This document shows, piece after piece, positions 1 to 9,947 of a stretch of DNA of 64,000 nucleotides. Within the stretch, counting starts at the first letter, position 1; each line of letters begins with the position of its first letter. Under the pieces are notes generated by a model that worked only from the letters and a program-made list of their open reading frames with translations, was not told the DNA's origin and searched no databases. The stretch comes from Thermoanaerobaculia bacterium (GTDB lineage: Bacteria; Acidobacteriota; Thermoanaerobaculia; Multivoradales; Multivoraceae): the NCBI GenBank assembly GCA_963664405.1, contig OY761158.1, positions 4,032,001 to 4,096,000 of the forward strand, read 5' to 3'. The position numbers and the translations under genes were made by a program.

Positions 1-2
1 TT

Positions 3-1067
3 CCAGGGGTCGACGATCCCGAGCGCGTCAAGGAGCTGATCAAGAACACCGCGTTCCTCGAGTTCCGATTCGTCGACTACCCGTCGCAGGGTGGCGCGGC
101 GGCTTCCGAGGCCGAGATCTTGGCCCAGTACGGAGGCTCCCTGCCGGAGAACATCGAGATCTTTCCGCAAGATCAGAAGGCGGAGGACGGTAGTGTCATC
201 GCTACCGGATACCTTGGCTTGGAGCGCCGACAGATCATCACCGGGCGCGACCTCAAGACCGCGCGCTCCGGCCTGGGCCAGTTCAACGAGCCGGTGGTCC
301 GCTTCTACCTGAGTCAAGAGGGTGGGCGACTTTTCGGTGAGGCGACCGGTGCCAACATCGGTCGCCGGCTTGCCATCGTTCTCGACAGCCGGGTGCAATC
401 GGCGCCGGTGGTGCAGTCGAGGATCAATGACGAGGGCGTTATCGAGGGCGGGTTCAGTCAGACCGAGGTCGAGGACCTGGTCACAGTGCTCCGCTCCGGC
501 GCTCTGCCGGCCGGAATCGTATACCTCGAGGAGAGGGCGGTCGGGCCGTCGTTGGGGCAGGACTCGATCGACCAGGGGCTGCGGGCATTTACCGTCGGCG
601 TCGCTCTGGTGGTTTTGACGATGCTGCTGGTCTATCGGCGGAGCGGAGTCAATGCGATAGTAGCCTTGGCCTTCAATGTAGTTATCGTCTTCGGCATGCT
701 CTCCTACTTCGGAGCCACGCTCACCCTCCCCGGTATTGCCGGCATCGTCCTGACGATCGGTATGGCGGTCGACGCGAACGTGCTCATCTTCGAGCGCATC
801 AAGGAAGAGCTTCGTTCGGGCAGGACGGTCAAATCGGCGGTTTCGGCCGGCTTCGCCAAGGCCTGGACCTCGATCTTCGACGCCAACCTTACGACCCTCA
901 TTGCAGCGCTCTTTCTTTTTCAATTCGGTACCGGGCCGATCCGGGGCTTCGCGGTGACTCTTTCCGTCGGCATTCTCGCGTCGGTTTTCACCGCAGTCTT
1001 CAACAGTCGATGGATCTTCGATCTCCTTCTCTCGCGCAGCGATCGCGTCGAGCGACTGTCGATCTGA
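3..1067 (+). CDS. secD: Protein translocase subunit SecD (5'-partial; frame open from window start)
   Basis: PGVDDPERVK at pos 3; LRSGALP, VGPSLGQDSI, TLTLPGIAG, GMAVDANVLIFERIKEE motifs. Confidence 0.97.
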   Translation, partial: PGVDDPERVKELIKNTAFLEFRFVDYPSQGGAAASEAEILAQYGGSLPENIEIFPQDQKAEDGSVIATGYLGLERRQIITGRDLKTARSGLGQFNEPVVRFYLSQEGGRLFGEATGANIGRRLAIVLDSRVQSAPVVQSRINDEGVIEGGFSQTEVEDLVTVLRSGALPAGIVYLEERAVGPSLGQDSIDQGLRAFTVGVALVVLTMLLVYRRSGVNAIVALAFNVVIVFGMLSYFGATLTLPGIAGIVLTIGMAVDANVLIFERIKEELRSGRTVKSAVSAGFAKAWTSIFDANLTTLIAALFLFQFGTGPIRGFAVTLSVGILASVFTAVFNSRWIFDLLLSRSDRVERLSI

Positions 1068-1079
1068 TTGGGAGTAGCG

Positions 1080-2222
1080 ATGAATTTGTTTCGCGACTCG
1101 AGCATCGACTTCATGAAGTATCGCCGTTTCATGGTGCCGCTGTCGGTGCTGTTGGTGATCGGCTCGATTGCGGCCCTTCTCCTCGGCCGTCTGAATATTG
1201 GGATCGACTTTGCCGGCGGAACCCAGCTGGTGGTCCGCTTCCAGCAGACACCGCAGGTGGACGAGCTTCGTGACCTCCTGGCCAGCAGCGGGATCGACCC
1301 GCAGATCCAACGCTTCGGCCAGGAGATCGACAATGAGGTGATCATCAAGACTCCGCTGGTCGAGGGAGCTGACGAGGGCAGCCGTGAGGCAATAGTTCGA
1401 GTCCTCGATGGCCGGTTCAACAGTGGCGCCAGCGGGCTGGACCTCAACCAGCAGGGTGGCTCGGCGATAGCGAACCTGCTCTTCGAGGCCGATCCTGATG
1501 ACCAGCGGCGACTTGGAGACGAGGCGGAGTCCTACTACGACGGCATCGCTGAGAAGGTCATGGTGGTCCGTCGCCAACATGGCCTGATCTCCGGTTGGGA
1601 GCAGATCGAGGGGCTGGAAGGCGTCAGTGGCGAAGTCGTCGCGTCGCTGAAGGGGCGAGCCCGGCTCGGTGCCTTCGCAGTTTTGAGCGCTGAGAATGTG
1701 GGCCCTCAGATCGGTTCCGAGCTGCGCCAGAAAGGCGTGCTGGCGGTGGTCTTTTCCCTGGTCGGGATGATGGCCTTCATCTGGTACCGCTTCGAGCTAC
1801 GTTTTGGTCTCGGCGCGCTGGTGGCTCTGCTGCACGATGTCATCATCGCGCTGGGCCTCTACACCGTTCTCGGGTACGAGTTCGATCTCACGACCATTGC
1901 CGCTTTTCTGACACTCGTGGGCTACTCCGTGAACGACTCGGTCGTCATCTTCGATCGGGTGCGGGAAAACCTTCGCCGGAGTCGGCGCGACAGCCTGAGC
2001 GAGATCATCAACCGTAGTCTCAACCAGACCTTATCGCGCACGATCCTCACGTCGGGGACGACACTACTGGCGGTGGGAACACTCTTCGCCTTTGGTGGAG
2101 ACGTGTTGAGAGGCTTCTCTTTCGTCCTCACCATCGGGGTTGTCGTTGGTACCTATTCCTCGATCTTCATCGCCAGCCCGGTGATGCTGCTCTGGGAACG
2201 CCTGTCCACTCGACGGCGCTAG
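1080..2222 (+). CDS. secF: Protein translocase subunit SecF with extra periplasmic insert
   Basis: GIDFAGGT, VGPQIGSEL, GYSVNDSVVIFDRVREN, QTLSRTILTSGTT; directly after secD. Confidence 0.97.
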   Translation: MNLFRDSSIDFMKYRRFMVPLSVLLVIGSIAALLLGRLNIGIDFAGGTQLVVRFQQTPQVDELRDLLASSGIDPQIQRFGQEIDNEVIIKTPLVEGADEGSREAIVRVLDGRFNSGASGLDLNQQGGSAIANLLFEADPDDQRRLGDEAESYYDGIAEKVMVVRRQHGLISGWEQIEGLEGVSGEVVASLKGRARLGAFAVLSAENVGPQIGSELRQKGVLAVVFSLVGMMAFIWYRFELRFGLGALVALLHDVIIALGLYTVLGYEFDLTTIAAFLTLVGYSVNDSVVIFDRVRENLRRSRRDSLSEIINRSLNQTLSRTILTSGTTLLAVGTLFAFGGDVLRGFSFVLTIGVVVGTYSSIFIASPVMLLWERLSTRRR

Positions 2223-2396
2223 GAGCGTGTCCGAGAATTCGGACAGGCGAGTAGTTCTCAGGCGGGGATGGGCCGGAAAACGGGCCGGAGGCGCGTTTTC
2301 TGGGGCTAGGAGCGTGTCCGAGAATTCGGACAGGCGAGTAGTTCTCAGGCGGGGATGGGCCGGAAAACGGGCCGGAGGCGCGTTTTCTGGGGCTAG
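2219..2396 (+). repeat. Two identical tandem 87-bp units (type A) separated and bounded by CTAG
   Basis: CTAG at 2219, 2306 and 2393; unit begins ctaggagcgtgtccgagaattcggacag; first CTAG contains the secF stop. Confidence 0.95.
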
Positions 2397-2495
2397 CGTC
2401 GAGGTTGTCGGTCGCGGGCTCTCGAGAGCTCCGGGGCGCCGGTCTGGCACCTTCCGCTTATAATTCCCTCCCCCCGGAGAGGGGAGCCAGACGAC

Positions 2496-4733
2496 ATGTC
2501 GCCGACGACTTTTTTCAGGGGACGAGTGCAGCCCCCAAGTGTTCCTCGCGGGAATGTGAGCCTCGACGATGTCCTGGCTCGTCTTTCTGAGGACGGTCGC
2601 GACTTCGACGAGGACTGGCTGCGCCGTGTCTTCGACTATGCCGCCAAAGCGCACGAGGGTCAGAAGCGCATGTCGGGCGAGCCCTACGTTTCACATCCTT
2701 TGCACGTGGCGTGGATTCTTGCCGACTTGAAACTCGATCCCACCTGTGTTGCCGTTGCCCTGCTCCACGACGTGCTCGAGGACACCGGCGCGACTCGAGA
2801 GAACCTTGCCGAGGCCTTTGGCAGCGAGCTCGCGGGCATGGTCGATGGCGTCTCCAAGATCGGCCGGCATGAATATGTCCGCCGCGATCAGGCCCAGGCT
2901 GAGACCTTCCGCAAACTGATCCTGGCTTCGGCCCGCGATATTCGGGTGATCCTGGTGAAGCTTGCCGATCGGTTGCACAACATGCAAACCCTCGATCATC
3001 TGGAACCGGATGCGCGGCGGCGCATTGCCCAGGAAACGCTCGAGATCTATGGCCCACTGTCTCATCGTCTCGGTATGTCCAGGGTGAGGACTGAGCTCGA
3101 AGATCTTTCTTTCTACTTTCTCTATCCCCATCAGTACAAGGAGCTGCAGTCTCGGTTGCGAGAGAAGGTCAAACTGGGACGAGGTACCACGAAACGCCTC
3201 AGTGAGCGGTTGAAGGCGGAGCTGGCAGGGGCGGAGGTCGAGGCCGAGATCAGTTCGCGAGCCAAGGGCTACTACTCCATCTACCGAAAGCTACGTGATC
3301 GAAAAATCGACCTCGACCAGCTCTACGACTATCTCGCCTTCCGAATCGTCACCGGCAACGTCCGCGATACCTATGCGGCGCTGGGTGTCGTCCATCAAGC
3401 TTGGCGGCCGATTCCAGGACGCTTCAAGGACTACATCGCTGTTCCGAAGCCCAACCTCTATCAGTCTCTGCACACCACTGTTCTGCAGCAGCGGGGCCAG
3501 CCCTTCGAGGTTCAGATTCGCACTCGAGAGATGGACGTGGTTGCGGAGGAGGGGATCGCAGCGCACTGGCGTTACAAAGAGGGACGAATTACCACCGAGG
3601 CGAATGACTCGAATATTCGCTGGCTGCGTCGGCTGCTCGAGTGGCAGCGTGCGGAGCATGAGCCGCGCGCCTTCATGGAGAATCTGCGGATCGATCTCTA
3701 CCCGGAAGAGGTCTACGTCTTCAGTCCCAAGGGCGACGTCTACTCCTTCCCCAGGGGAGCTACGCCCCTCGATTTTGCGTACAGGGTCCATACCGATCTG
3801 GGTCATCGATGTTCTGGATCGCGAGTCAACGGGCGCCTCGTTCCGTTGCGCACCGCCTTACGCAACGGTGACATCGTCGAGATCCAGACCGATGCCAAGC
3901 GGGGCCCGAGTCGGGATTGGCTGACTATGGTGAAGACTTCGCGGGCGAGGACGAAGATACGCCAGTGGCTCAACACCAGGCAGAAGCTCGAAGCGGTGGA
4001 GATCGGCAGGCGAAGCTTCGAACAAGAGATCAAGAAGCTCAAGCTCTCGCTTCGCTCCGTACTCGCTGCGCCACAGCTCGAGGCCCTGTTGGAGGTGGAG
4101 GGGTTGTCGCGAATCGAGGATCTCTACAGCCGCATCGGCTTCGGCAAGACCTCGGTAAGGCACGTTGCCCGCCGTCTCGCCTCAGGCGTGGCGGTCGACG
4201 ATGAGCGAGAGCCCGGCAGACTCCGGCGAGCCGTCGGTCGCTTGTTCACTTCTGACGATGCGGCCGTTCGCGTTCGTGGCGAGGGAGATCTGTTGGCCAC
4301 GATCGCGCGCTGTTGCAACCCGGTACCGGGGGAGGCCATTGTCGGCTATATCACTCGGGGGCGCGGGATCTCGGTTCACTCGGAAGATTGCTCGAACGTC
4401 AAGAATCTTCTCTATCACCCAGAGCGCGAGATCGATGTCGAGTGGGACGACGAGAAGGGCCGTGTTTACCCCGTTGTTCTGCGGGTCGAGACCGAGGACC
4501 AGACAGGTGCCCTAGCCCGCCTCACCGAGGTCATCGCCAAGAGGGGCAACAACATCCGCAACATCGAGGCCGAGACCACCGGTGGCGATAGCGCCATGGT
4601 CGAGATCGTGGTCGAGGTATCAGACCAGAGCCAGCTGGCCAAGCTCGAGGAGGCCATCCTAGCTCTGCCCCAAGTTGTCGAGGTCGTGCGTCTGCGCGAG
4701 AGCCAGAAGGGCCAAAGCAAGATCGGGGAATAG
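2496..4733 (+). CDS. rel: Bifunctional (p)ppGpp synthetase/hydrolase, long RSH (Rel); true start may be GTG near 2556
   Basis: SGEPYVSHP, ALLHDVLED (HD), VKLADRLHNM, GRFKDYI, YQSLHT, TGS (GATPLDFAY), CCNPVPGE, C-terminal ACT. Confidence 0.95.
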   Translation: MSPTTFFRGRVQPPSVPRGNVSLDDVLARLSEDGRDFDEDWLRRVFDYAAKAHEGQKRMSGEPYVSHPLHVAWILADLKLDPTCVAVALLHDVLEDTGATRENLAEAFGSELAGMVDGVSKIGRHEYVRRDQAQAETFRKLILASARDIRVILVKLADRLHNMQTLDHLEPDARRRIAQETLEIYGPLSHRLGMSRVRTELEDLSFYFLYPHQYKELQSRLREKVKLGRGTTKRLSERLKAELAGAEVEAEISSRAKGYYSIYRKLRDRKIDLDQLYDYLAFRIVTGNVRDTYAALGVVHQAWRPIPGRFKDYIAVPKPNLYQSLHTTVLQQRGQPFEVQIRTREMDVVAEEGIAAHWRYKEGRITTEANDSNIRWLRRLLEWQRAEHEPRAFMENLRIDLYPEEVYVFSPKGDVYSFPRGATPLDFAYRVHTDLGHRCSGSRVNGRLVPLRTALRNGDIVEIQTDAKRGPSRDWLTMVKTSRARTKIRQWLNTRQKLEAVEIGRRSFEQEIKKLKLSLRSVLAAPQLEALLEVEGLSRIEDLYSRIGFGKTSVRHVARRLASGVAVDDEREPGRLRRAVGRLFTSDDAAVRVRGEGDLLATIARCCNPVPGEAIVGYITRGRGISVHSEDCSNVKNLLYHPEREIDVEWDDEKGRVYPVVLRVETEDQTGALARLTEVIAKRGNNIRNIEAETTGGDSAMVEIVVEVSDQSQLAKLEEAILALPQVVEVVRLRESQKGQSKIGE

Positions 4734-4821
4734 GGCCCTCCGAACGGGCGCCAGGGAGTCACCGATAGCGGGGGGCTTCCCCATGGGTCAATTTATTGAT
4801 ATATTGATGTCTGTTCATGTG

Positions 4822-4851
4822 TTGACACATCTCTTTCTTTGTTGTTACCCT
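4822..4851 (+). promoter_or_regulatory. Putative sigma70-type promoter of the pil operon
   Basis: TTGACA-N18-TACCCT with a TG extension in an AT-rich intergenic patch upstream of pilM. Confidence 0.5.
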
Positions 4852-4916
4852 CGAGCAATGCTTTAAAGGCTCGTGTGTAACTAGGGATTAGCATGGGGTT
4901 TACGGGGGACTAGCAA

Positions 4917-5978
4917 TTGGCCTTTTTTTCGCGATCGAAAAGCGTAGTTGGTCTGGATATAGGCAGTTTCGCCTTGAAGCTGGTTGAATTGAGTCAGCAC
5001 AAGAGCGGCGAATTCTCGCTGCAGTGCCTCGGAGTCGAACCCCTCTCGCCTGAGGCAATCGTCGATGGATCGATCATGGACTCCTCGCTCGTGGTGGAGG
5101 CCATCGAGAAGCTGAACCAGGAAACTCGGGTCAAGAATTCGAACTTCGCCACCTCGCTCTCGGGCCACTCAGTGATCATCAAGAAGATCGAGCTTCCTCC
5201 GATGAGCCCCGAAGAGTTGGCTGAGTCGATCCAGTGGGAGGCGGAGCAATACATTCCCTTCGACATCAACGATGTGCGCATGGACTACGTTCTCCTTTCG
5301 GAGGACACCACCGGCTCCGATCAGATGGATGTTCTGTTGGTGGCAGTGAAGCGAGACAAGGTCAACGACTACGTCTCGGTGATTGGTCAAGCAGGCCGGA
5401 CGCCGTCGCTGGTTGATGTCGACGTCTTTGCCATCCAGAACGCCTATGAGCTGAACTACGATATCGATCCCACAAAGATCGTGGCGCTGGTCAACATGGG
5501 TGCTGGTGTTACCAACATCAACGTACTGGCCCGTGGACAGACAGTCTTCTGGAGAGACATCGCCTTCGGAGGGAATCAGTTCACCGAGGCGCTTCAGCGG
5601 GAGTTCAACCTCTCCTTCGAGAATGCCGAAGCGCTCAAGCGGGGTCGTGAGGTCGAAGGCTACTCAATCGCCGATGGAGCCTCCGTTCTCGAGTCCGTAG
5701 GGACCGAGTTGGCAGCTGAGATCCAGAAGACCTTCGACTTTTTCTCGACGACTGCAAGCGAAGGGAACGTCGACTCAGTCGTACTGTCAGGAGGCTGCGC
5801 TCTCACGCCAGGGCTGCAGGACACACTCGGAGCCCGGCTTGGCTGCGAACTGGAGGTAATGAACCCTCTGCGCCGAGTGCAGTACCGCGAGAGCGATTTC
5901 AACAAAGAGTGGATCCAGTCGATTGCGCCGATGATGGCGGTCTCGGTTGGACTGGCCCTTCGCCGCCAGGGAGATTGA
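4917..5978 (+). CDS. pilM: Type IV pilus assembly protein PilM
   Basis: VGLDIGS..LKLVEL, WEAEQYIPF, VLLVAVK, VVLSGG, VSVGLALR (actin-like PilM fold). Confidence 0.95.
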   Translation: MAFFSRSKSVVGLDIGSFALKLVELSQHKSGEFSLQCLGVEPLSPEAIVDGSIMDSSLVVEAIEKLNQETRVKNSNFATSLSGHSVIIKKIELPPMSPEELAESIQWEAEQYIPFDINDVRMDYVLLSEDTTGSDQMDVLLVAVKRDKVNDYVSVIGQAGRTPSLVDVDVFAIQNAYELNYDIDPTKIVALVNMGAGVTNINVLARGQTVFWRDIAFGGNQFTEALQREFNLSFENAEALKRGREVEGYSIADGASVLESVGTELAAEIQKTFDFFSTTASEGNVDSVVLSGGCALTPGLQDTLGARLGCELEVMNPLRRVQYRESDFNKEWIQSIAPMMAVSVGLALRRQGD

Positions 5979-5982
5979 GATC

Positions 5983-6612
5983 GTGCTGCGCATCAATCTC
6001 ATTTCAGAAGGCAAGAAGGTCGCTGGTGCGCGGTCCGCGCGCCTGCGCTCGCTCAACCTCGGGCCTGACAACATTGCCGTGTTCGCGCTCGTGGTGGCGT
6101 TCGCAATCGGCGCTCTGGGATACGGCATCTATTGGCTCACCGTGGACCGGCAGCTCGCCAGCCAGCGCGGCGAGATCGCCGATCTCCAAGCAACGGTGAA
6201 AGAGCTCGAGGAGATCATCCGCGAAGTCGAGTACTTCGAGGTCCGGAAGGCTGAGCTCGAGAAAAAGATCGAAGTGATCAGCGGTCTGAGAACCAGTCAA
6301 CGGGGTCCGGTCCGCATCATGGACCAGGTTTCCAAGGCGCTCCCTGAGTTTCTCTGGCTCGACAGCCTGACTATGTCGGCCGCGGCCGTGAGGCTGCAGG
6401 GGAAGGCCTACACCACCAGCTCGGTGGCGAACTTCATAGAGAACTTGGATCTCGTGGAGGAGTTCCAGGAGCCGGTGTTGCGCAACGCCACCTGGCGTTC
6501 AAACGTCTACGACTTCGAGGTGAGCTTCAACTTCACGCCGGTCCCCGTGAATCCGCCAGTAGGCGAGGGGCTTGACGAGCTGGAAGGGGCTGCCCAAGAG
6601 GCGGCTCGTTAG
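5983..6612 (+). CDS. pilN: Type IV pilus assembly protein PilN
   Basis: N-terminal RINLI motif, one TM helix, coiled coil, LPEFLWL; follows pilM. Confidence 0.9.
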   Translation: MLRINLISEGKKVAGARSARLRSLNLGPDNIAVFALVVAFAIGALGYGIYWLTVDRQLASQRGEIADLQATVKELEEIIREVEYFEVRKAELEKKIEVISGLRTSQRGPVRIMDQVSKALPEFLWLDSLTMSAAAVRLQGKAYTTSSVANFIENLDLVEEFQEPVLRNATWRSNVYDFEVSFNFTPVPVNPPVGEGLDELEGAAQEAAR

Positions 6613-6623
6613 GAGGTTGCGAC

Positions 6624-7223
6624 GTGGCTTTCGAGACTGGACTTGAAGGAAAGCCGTGGTGGGCTGGGGCCCTCCTCGGAGTCGCGCTCTCCGTCGCCGG
6701 GGTTCTCCTTGGCTTCCAACTACAGCTCAAGGAGATGCACCTGACTCGCGAGACGCAGGACGGACAGATCGCGCAGCTGCAGGCCAAGATCAGTCGGGGT
6801 CTGGCTGCCAAGGCGAAGCTACCCCAGTTCCGCGAAGACGTCGCACTGCTCGAGGTACAGCTGACGAAGTTGTTGAGAATCCTTCCGCCACGACGGGACG
6901 TGCAGGACGTGCTTCGCCGCTTCCGGGTCCTTGCCGAGCAGGAAGACTTTGTTCTCAGCGAGTTCCGACCGTCAGCGGAGATCGAGAAGGACTTCTTCAA
7001 CGAGTGGCCCATCGCGGTAAAGATCGAAGGGACTTACCACAACCTCGCGCGTTTCTTCGACAGGATGAGTCGGTTCTCGAGGATCTTCAATATCGACAAC
7101 CTTCGCATCCTCGCAAGACCAGATGGTCAGCACACGATCAACGCATCTTTCACCGCGAAGACCTTCGTCTACAAGGATGTCCCGCCGCCAGTGCCACCGA
7201 CAGAAGGTGGGGTTGCGCAGTGA
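6624..7223 (+). CDS. pilO: Type IV pilus assembly protein PilO
   Basis: TM plus coiled coil, LRILP, EGTYHNLARFFD..SRIFNI; operon position. Confidence 0.92.
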   Translation: MAFETGLEGKPWWAGALLGVALSVAGVLLGFQLQLKEMHLTRETQDGQIAQLQAKISRGLAAKAKLPQFREDVALLEVQLTKLLRILPPRRDVQDVLRRFRVLAEQEDFVLSEFRPSAEIEKDFFNEWPIAVKIEGTYHNLARFFDRMSRFSRIFNIDNLRILARPDGQHTINASFTAKTFVYKDVPPPVPPTEGGVAQ

Positions 7224-7792
7224 GATCTACGATTCTGTTTCTTCTGTTGGCTCTACTTTCTCTGCCCGCGTTGGCTGTTGCGCAGGAGCCGGAAACTAGC
7301 GGAGGGGCCGAGGCTCCTGCCGGCGAGGACGAGGCGGGTGATGAATCGGCAGCGGCGCCGCCTGAAGAAGACGGCCCTTCGCTGGACGCCATCGAGCGGA
7401 TGTTGCTGGAAGATGAGGCGGTGCTAGAGGGATCGGGTTACACCTACAACTCGGGAGACCGCCGTGATCCGTTCCGTTCGTTGCTGCGAGTTGTCGAGGA
7501 GCCGGACATACTTGGGGTTCGCCCTGACGGCGTGCCGGGGTTACTCATCGACGAGATTGAAGTTACCGGCGTTTTCGTAACGGGTGACGGTCCGGTTGCG
7601 CAGGTGCAGTCTTCGAGCAAGGACAAGAGTTACCTCGTGCACATCGGGGATGCATTCTATGACGGCGAGATCGCTGAAATTCGGTTCGAGCGCAGTTCCA
7701 CCGCCGAGGTGGTCTTTAAACAGGATGTAAGGGACCCGACGGCGACCAAGCCCTTCCGTGAGGTCGTCAAGCAGCTCAACCCCGATGACTAG
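7220..7792 (+). CDS. pilP: PilP-like pilus assembly protein
   Basis: GTG overlaps the pilO stop; signal peptide; YNSGDRRDPF motif; lies between pilO and pilQ. Confidence 0.75.
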   Translation: MRSTILFLLLALLSLPALAVAQEPETSGGAEAPAGEDEAGDESAAAPPEEDGPSLDAIERMLLEDEAVLEGSGYTYNSGDRRDPFRSLLRVVEEPDILGVRPDGVPGLLIDEIEVTGVFVTGDGPVAQVQSSSKDKSYLVHIGDAFYDGEIAEIRFERSSTAEVVFKQDVRDPTATKPFREVVKQLNPDD

Positions 7793-8449
7793 AGAAGGGG
7801 CGGAGGCGAGAGAGATATGGGGGACAAAGTGACAGCTGATAGTAGATCGGCTTGTTTTTTCGAAGGCGTTCATTGGCGGACGCTGACCTTTGTGTGCCTG
7901 CTAGCGTCGATGCTGCCATGGGCGGCATTCGCCGGTGACAGCTCGCTGTCTAGGATCCCAATAGCGACGCCTGAGGACCCCTTTGTCGCCCCCCTCCCAG
8001 CGGGGAATCGGGCAACTCGGCTCGAAGGGGTGGAGGTCGTGGACCGAGGTTCGGAAACTTTGGTACGGATCGTCGGTAACGGCGAGTTCGCGTACTCCAG
8101 TTTTCAGCTGGAGGACCCGCCGCGATTTGTAGTTGACCTCGAGGGCGCTCAAAAGACCAGCGGCGACTCGAATCTCCTGGTCGCCTCGGCGACGGTGGAA
8201 CGGGTGCGACTGGCTCAGTTCCGATCGGCTCCCGAGCCGGACTCACGAGTCGTCTTCGACCTTCATGAGTCGGCCCAACCCTGGGTGGCTCGAGACGCAG
8301 ACGGTCTGCTGGTGCTCTTCGCGGCCGGCAGTCCGGAGATTAGCGACGGCGGGCCGGCAGCATTGGAGCTTCCTTTGGACCTGCCAGAGCCGGTTGAGCT
8401 TCCTTTGGAGGCCACCGGGGAAGTGGCGATCGATCCGGAACCCTCGAGG

Positions 8450-8928
8450 TTGAGAGTGAGCACGATAATCGATGGGAATGTTGGCCATTCTGAGCACGGT
8501 AGGTGAGGGAAGGGTGTTTGGTCCCTCAAGTAGTGTGCTCAAGACTAGGTCCGTCGGCATCATCCCCGCCGAAGGCGGGCCGTCGGGGCCTGACGCGCAG
8601 TCCATACTTGTTCTTTCGCTGATCACGCTGAACGAGGGCTGACACGCAGCGATGGGATGAACGGCACGCTATCTGATGGGCGATCGAGGCGGTTCGCCGA
8701 GCTTCCATCGCGCTTGGGCCCCTGGTTGCGCCCTCAGATACCTTGAACGGAACACCCATTCCCACCAGACAACGTGATCGGGTTTCCTCGAATCGCCATC
8801 AAATACTGTGAACAAGACCGTCTGAGGCAAGTGGCAGCGAAACGCAGCTTCGGCTAAGTCCTTCAAAAGGCTACGCGACCATCACTTATCGTGATCGGAC
8901 CGCCATCGATTATCGTGCTCACTCTCAA
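8450..8928. mobile_element. Non-autonomous 479-bp MITE-like element inside pilQ
   Basis: Perfect 26-bp terminal inverted repeat TTGAGAGTGAGCACGATAATCGATGG; GG on both flanks; no recognisable ORF; removing 481 bp restores the pilQ frame. Confidence 0.9.
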
Positions 8929-9590
8929 GGGTCACAGAAGCGGAACCCGCCAGGGTTGCCAAAGACCGGGCCATCGAGGAGCCGGATGGGAATCTCTCGC
9001 CTATCCTGCCGGTGGTATCCGCTGAGCCCGACCTCGATGAGATGGTGGTGGCTCGACTGGAAGCGCCGCCCATCGTCGTAGCCGGCCCGGGGCTTATCAC
9101 TTTGCCTGAGGGCGCTGTTGTATTGCCGCAGCCGGTCGCAGCTAGAACCGAGCCGATGCGCCAGGAGGCTGTCTTTGTGAGCACGGCTGTAGTAGAGCGA
9201 GAGACTGAGCCGGCTGCACAGCCTGTCCCTGCCTTCGAAGACCGTACCGAAACGCTCCTTGCTTCGATCGGTGCCGGTACCGAGGCGGAGCAAGAGCTCC
9301 CTGACGAAGCCCCTGCCCTAGCGCCACCGCAACCGTCGCCACAGCCGCAACCGTCGGCACAGCCAGAGCCGGTGCTTGCTATCGCGGAGTTCGCACAGGC
9401 GCCTGAAGTCGAAGCCCCGGTCGCAGAGACGGCCGTGGTGCCAGAGTTTCAGGCTCCTGCTCCGGAGCCGGTGACCATCACTCAAGCCGGGCTTGGCGGT
9501 GTGCCGTTCATCGCGGTTGCGCAGCAAGAGTCCGTCGCGCCGAGCATCGAGGCGGCTGAAGAGGGTAGTGGCGGTGCCGGTTGTTACCGG

Positions 9591-9947
9591 CTACGAGAAA
9601 GCGCACTTAGTTGGCTGCGAGTCGGTTTTTTGTCCCCGCGAGGCGTGACTCAGGGTGTGGCGCAGATAGTCGAGGTACCCCTCGGGGGGTGGCGTCGTGG
9701 GGAGTTCTCGGAGGATGGGGAGAAAGTAGGCGAGGGATCGGATGGGCTGGAGCTTTGGTAGGCGCGGATCTCGGCATGCGCGTCGGGCGGAGCCGAGGAG
9801 GAGGGCGGCCTGGAGGACGGTGAGAGGCAGGTCTTGGTCGAAGAGCTGGTCGACGATGACGCGGTCGCCGTGGTGGAAGCGGTGCGGGGTGTCGGGAAGG
9901 AGTCGATAGAGGCGGAGGAGCTGGCGCCGATAGTGGCTTCGGGTCAT
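9591..9947 (-). CDS. Hypothetical 118-aa protein within the IS, downstream of istB
   Basis: ATG overlaps the istB TGA (ATGA coupling); fills the space up to the terminal IR. Confidence 0.7.
   Translation of the reverse strand: MTRSHYRRQLLRLYRLLPDTPHRFHHGDRVIVDQLFDQDLPLTVLQAALLLGSARRACRDPRLPKLQPIRSLAYFLPILRELPTTPPPEGYLDYLRHTLSHASRGQKTDSQPTKCAFS

Noticed and set aside
2445-2464. Sigma54 promoter (TGGCAC) upstream of rel
   Set aside because: GG-to-GC spacing is 8 nt rather than 10; the nearby TATAAT fits sigma70 better
2064-2654. Repeat-containing ORFs on both strands (also 33294-33695 and 58664-59053)
   Set aside because: They are translations of the DNA repeats, with no protein-family features
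6656-7219. N-terminal extension of the 378-aa ORF 6656-7792
   Set aside because: Overlaps pilO out of frame; the signal peptide starts at GTG 7220
9012-9761. Independent 249-aa gene
   Set aside because: It is the middle pilQ fragment reading through into the IS end
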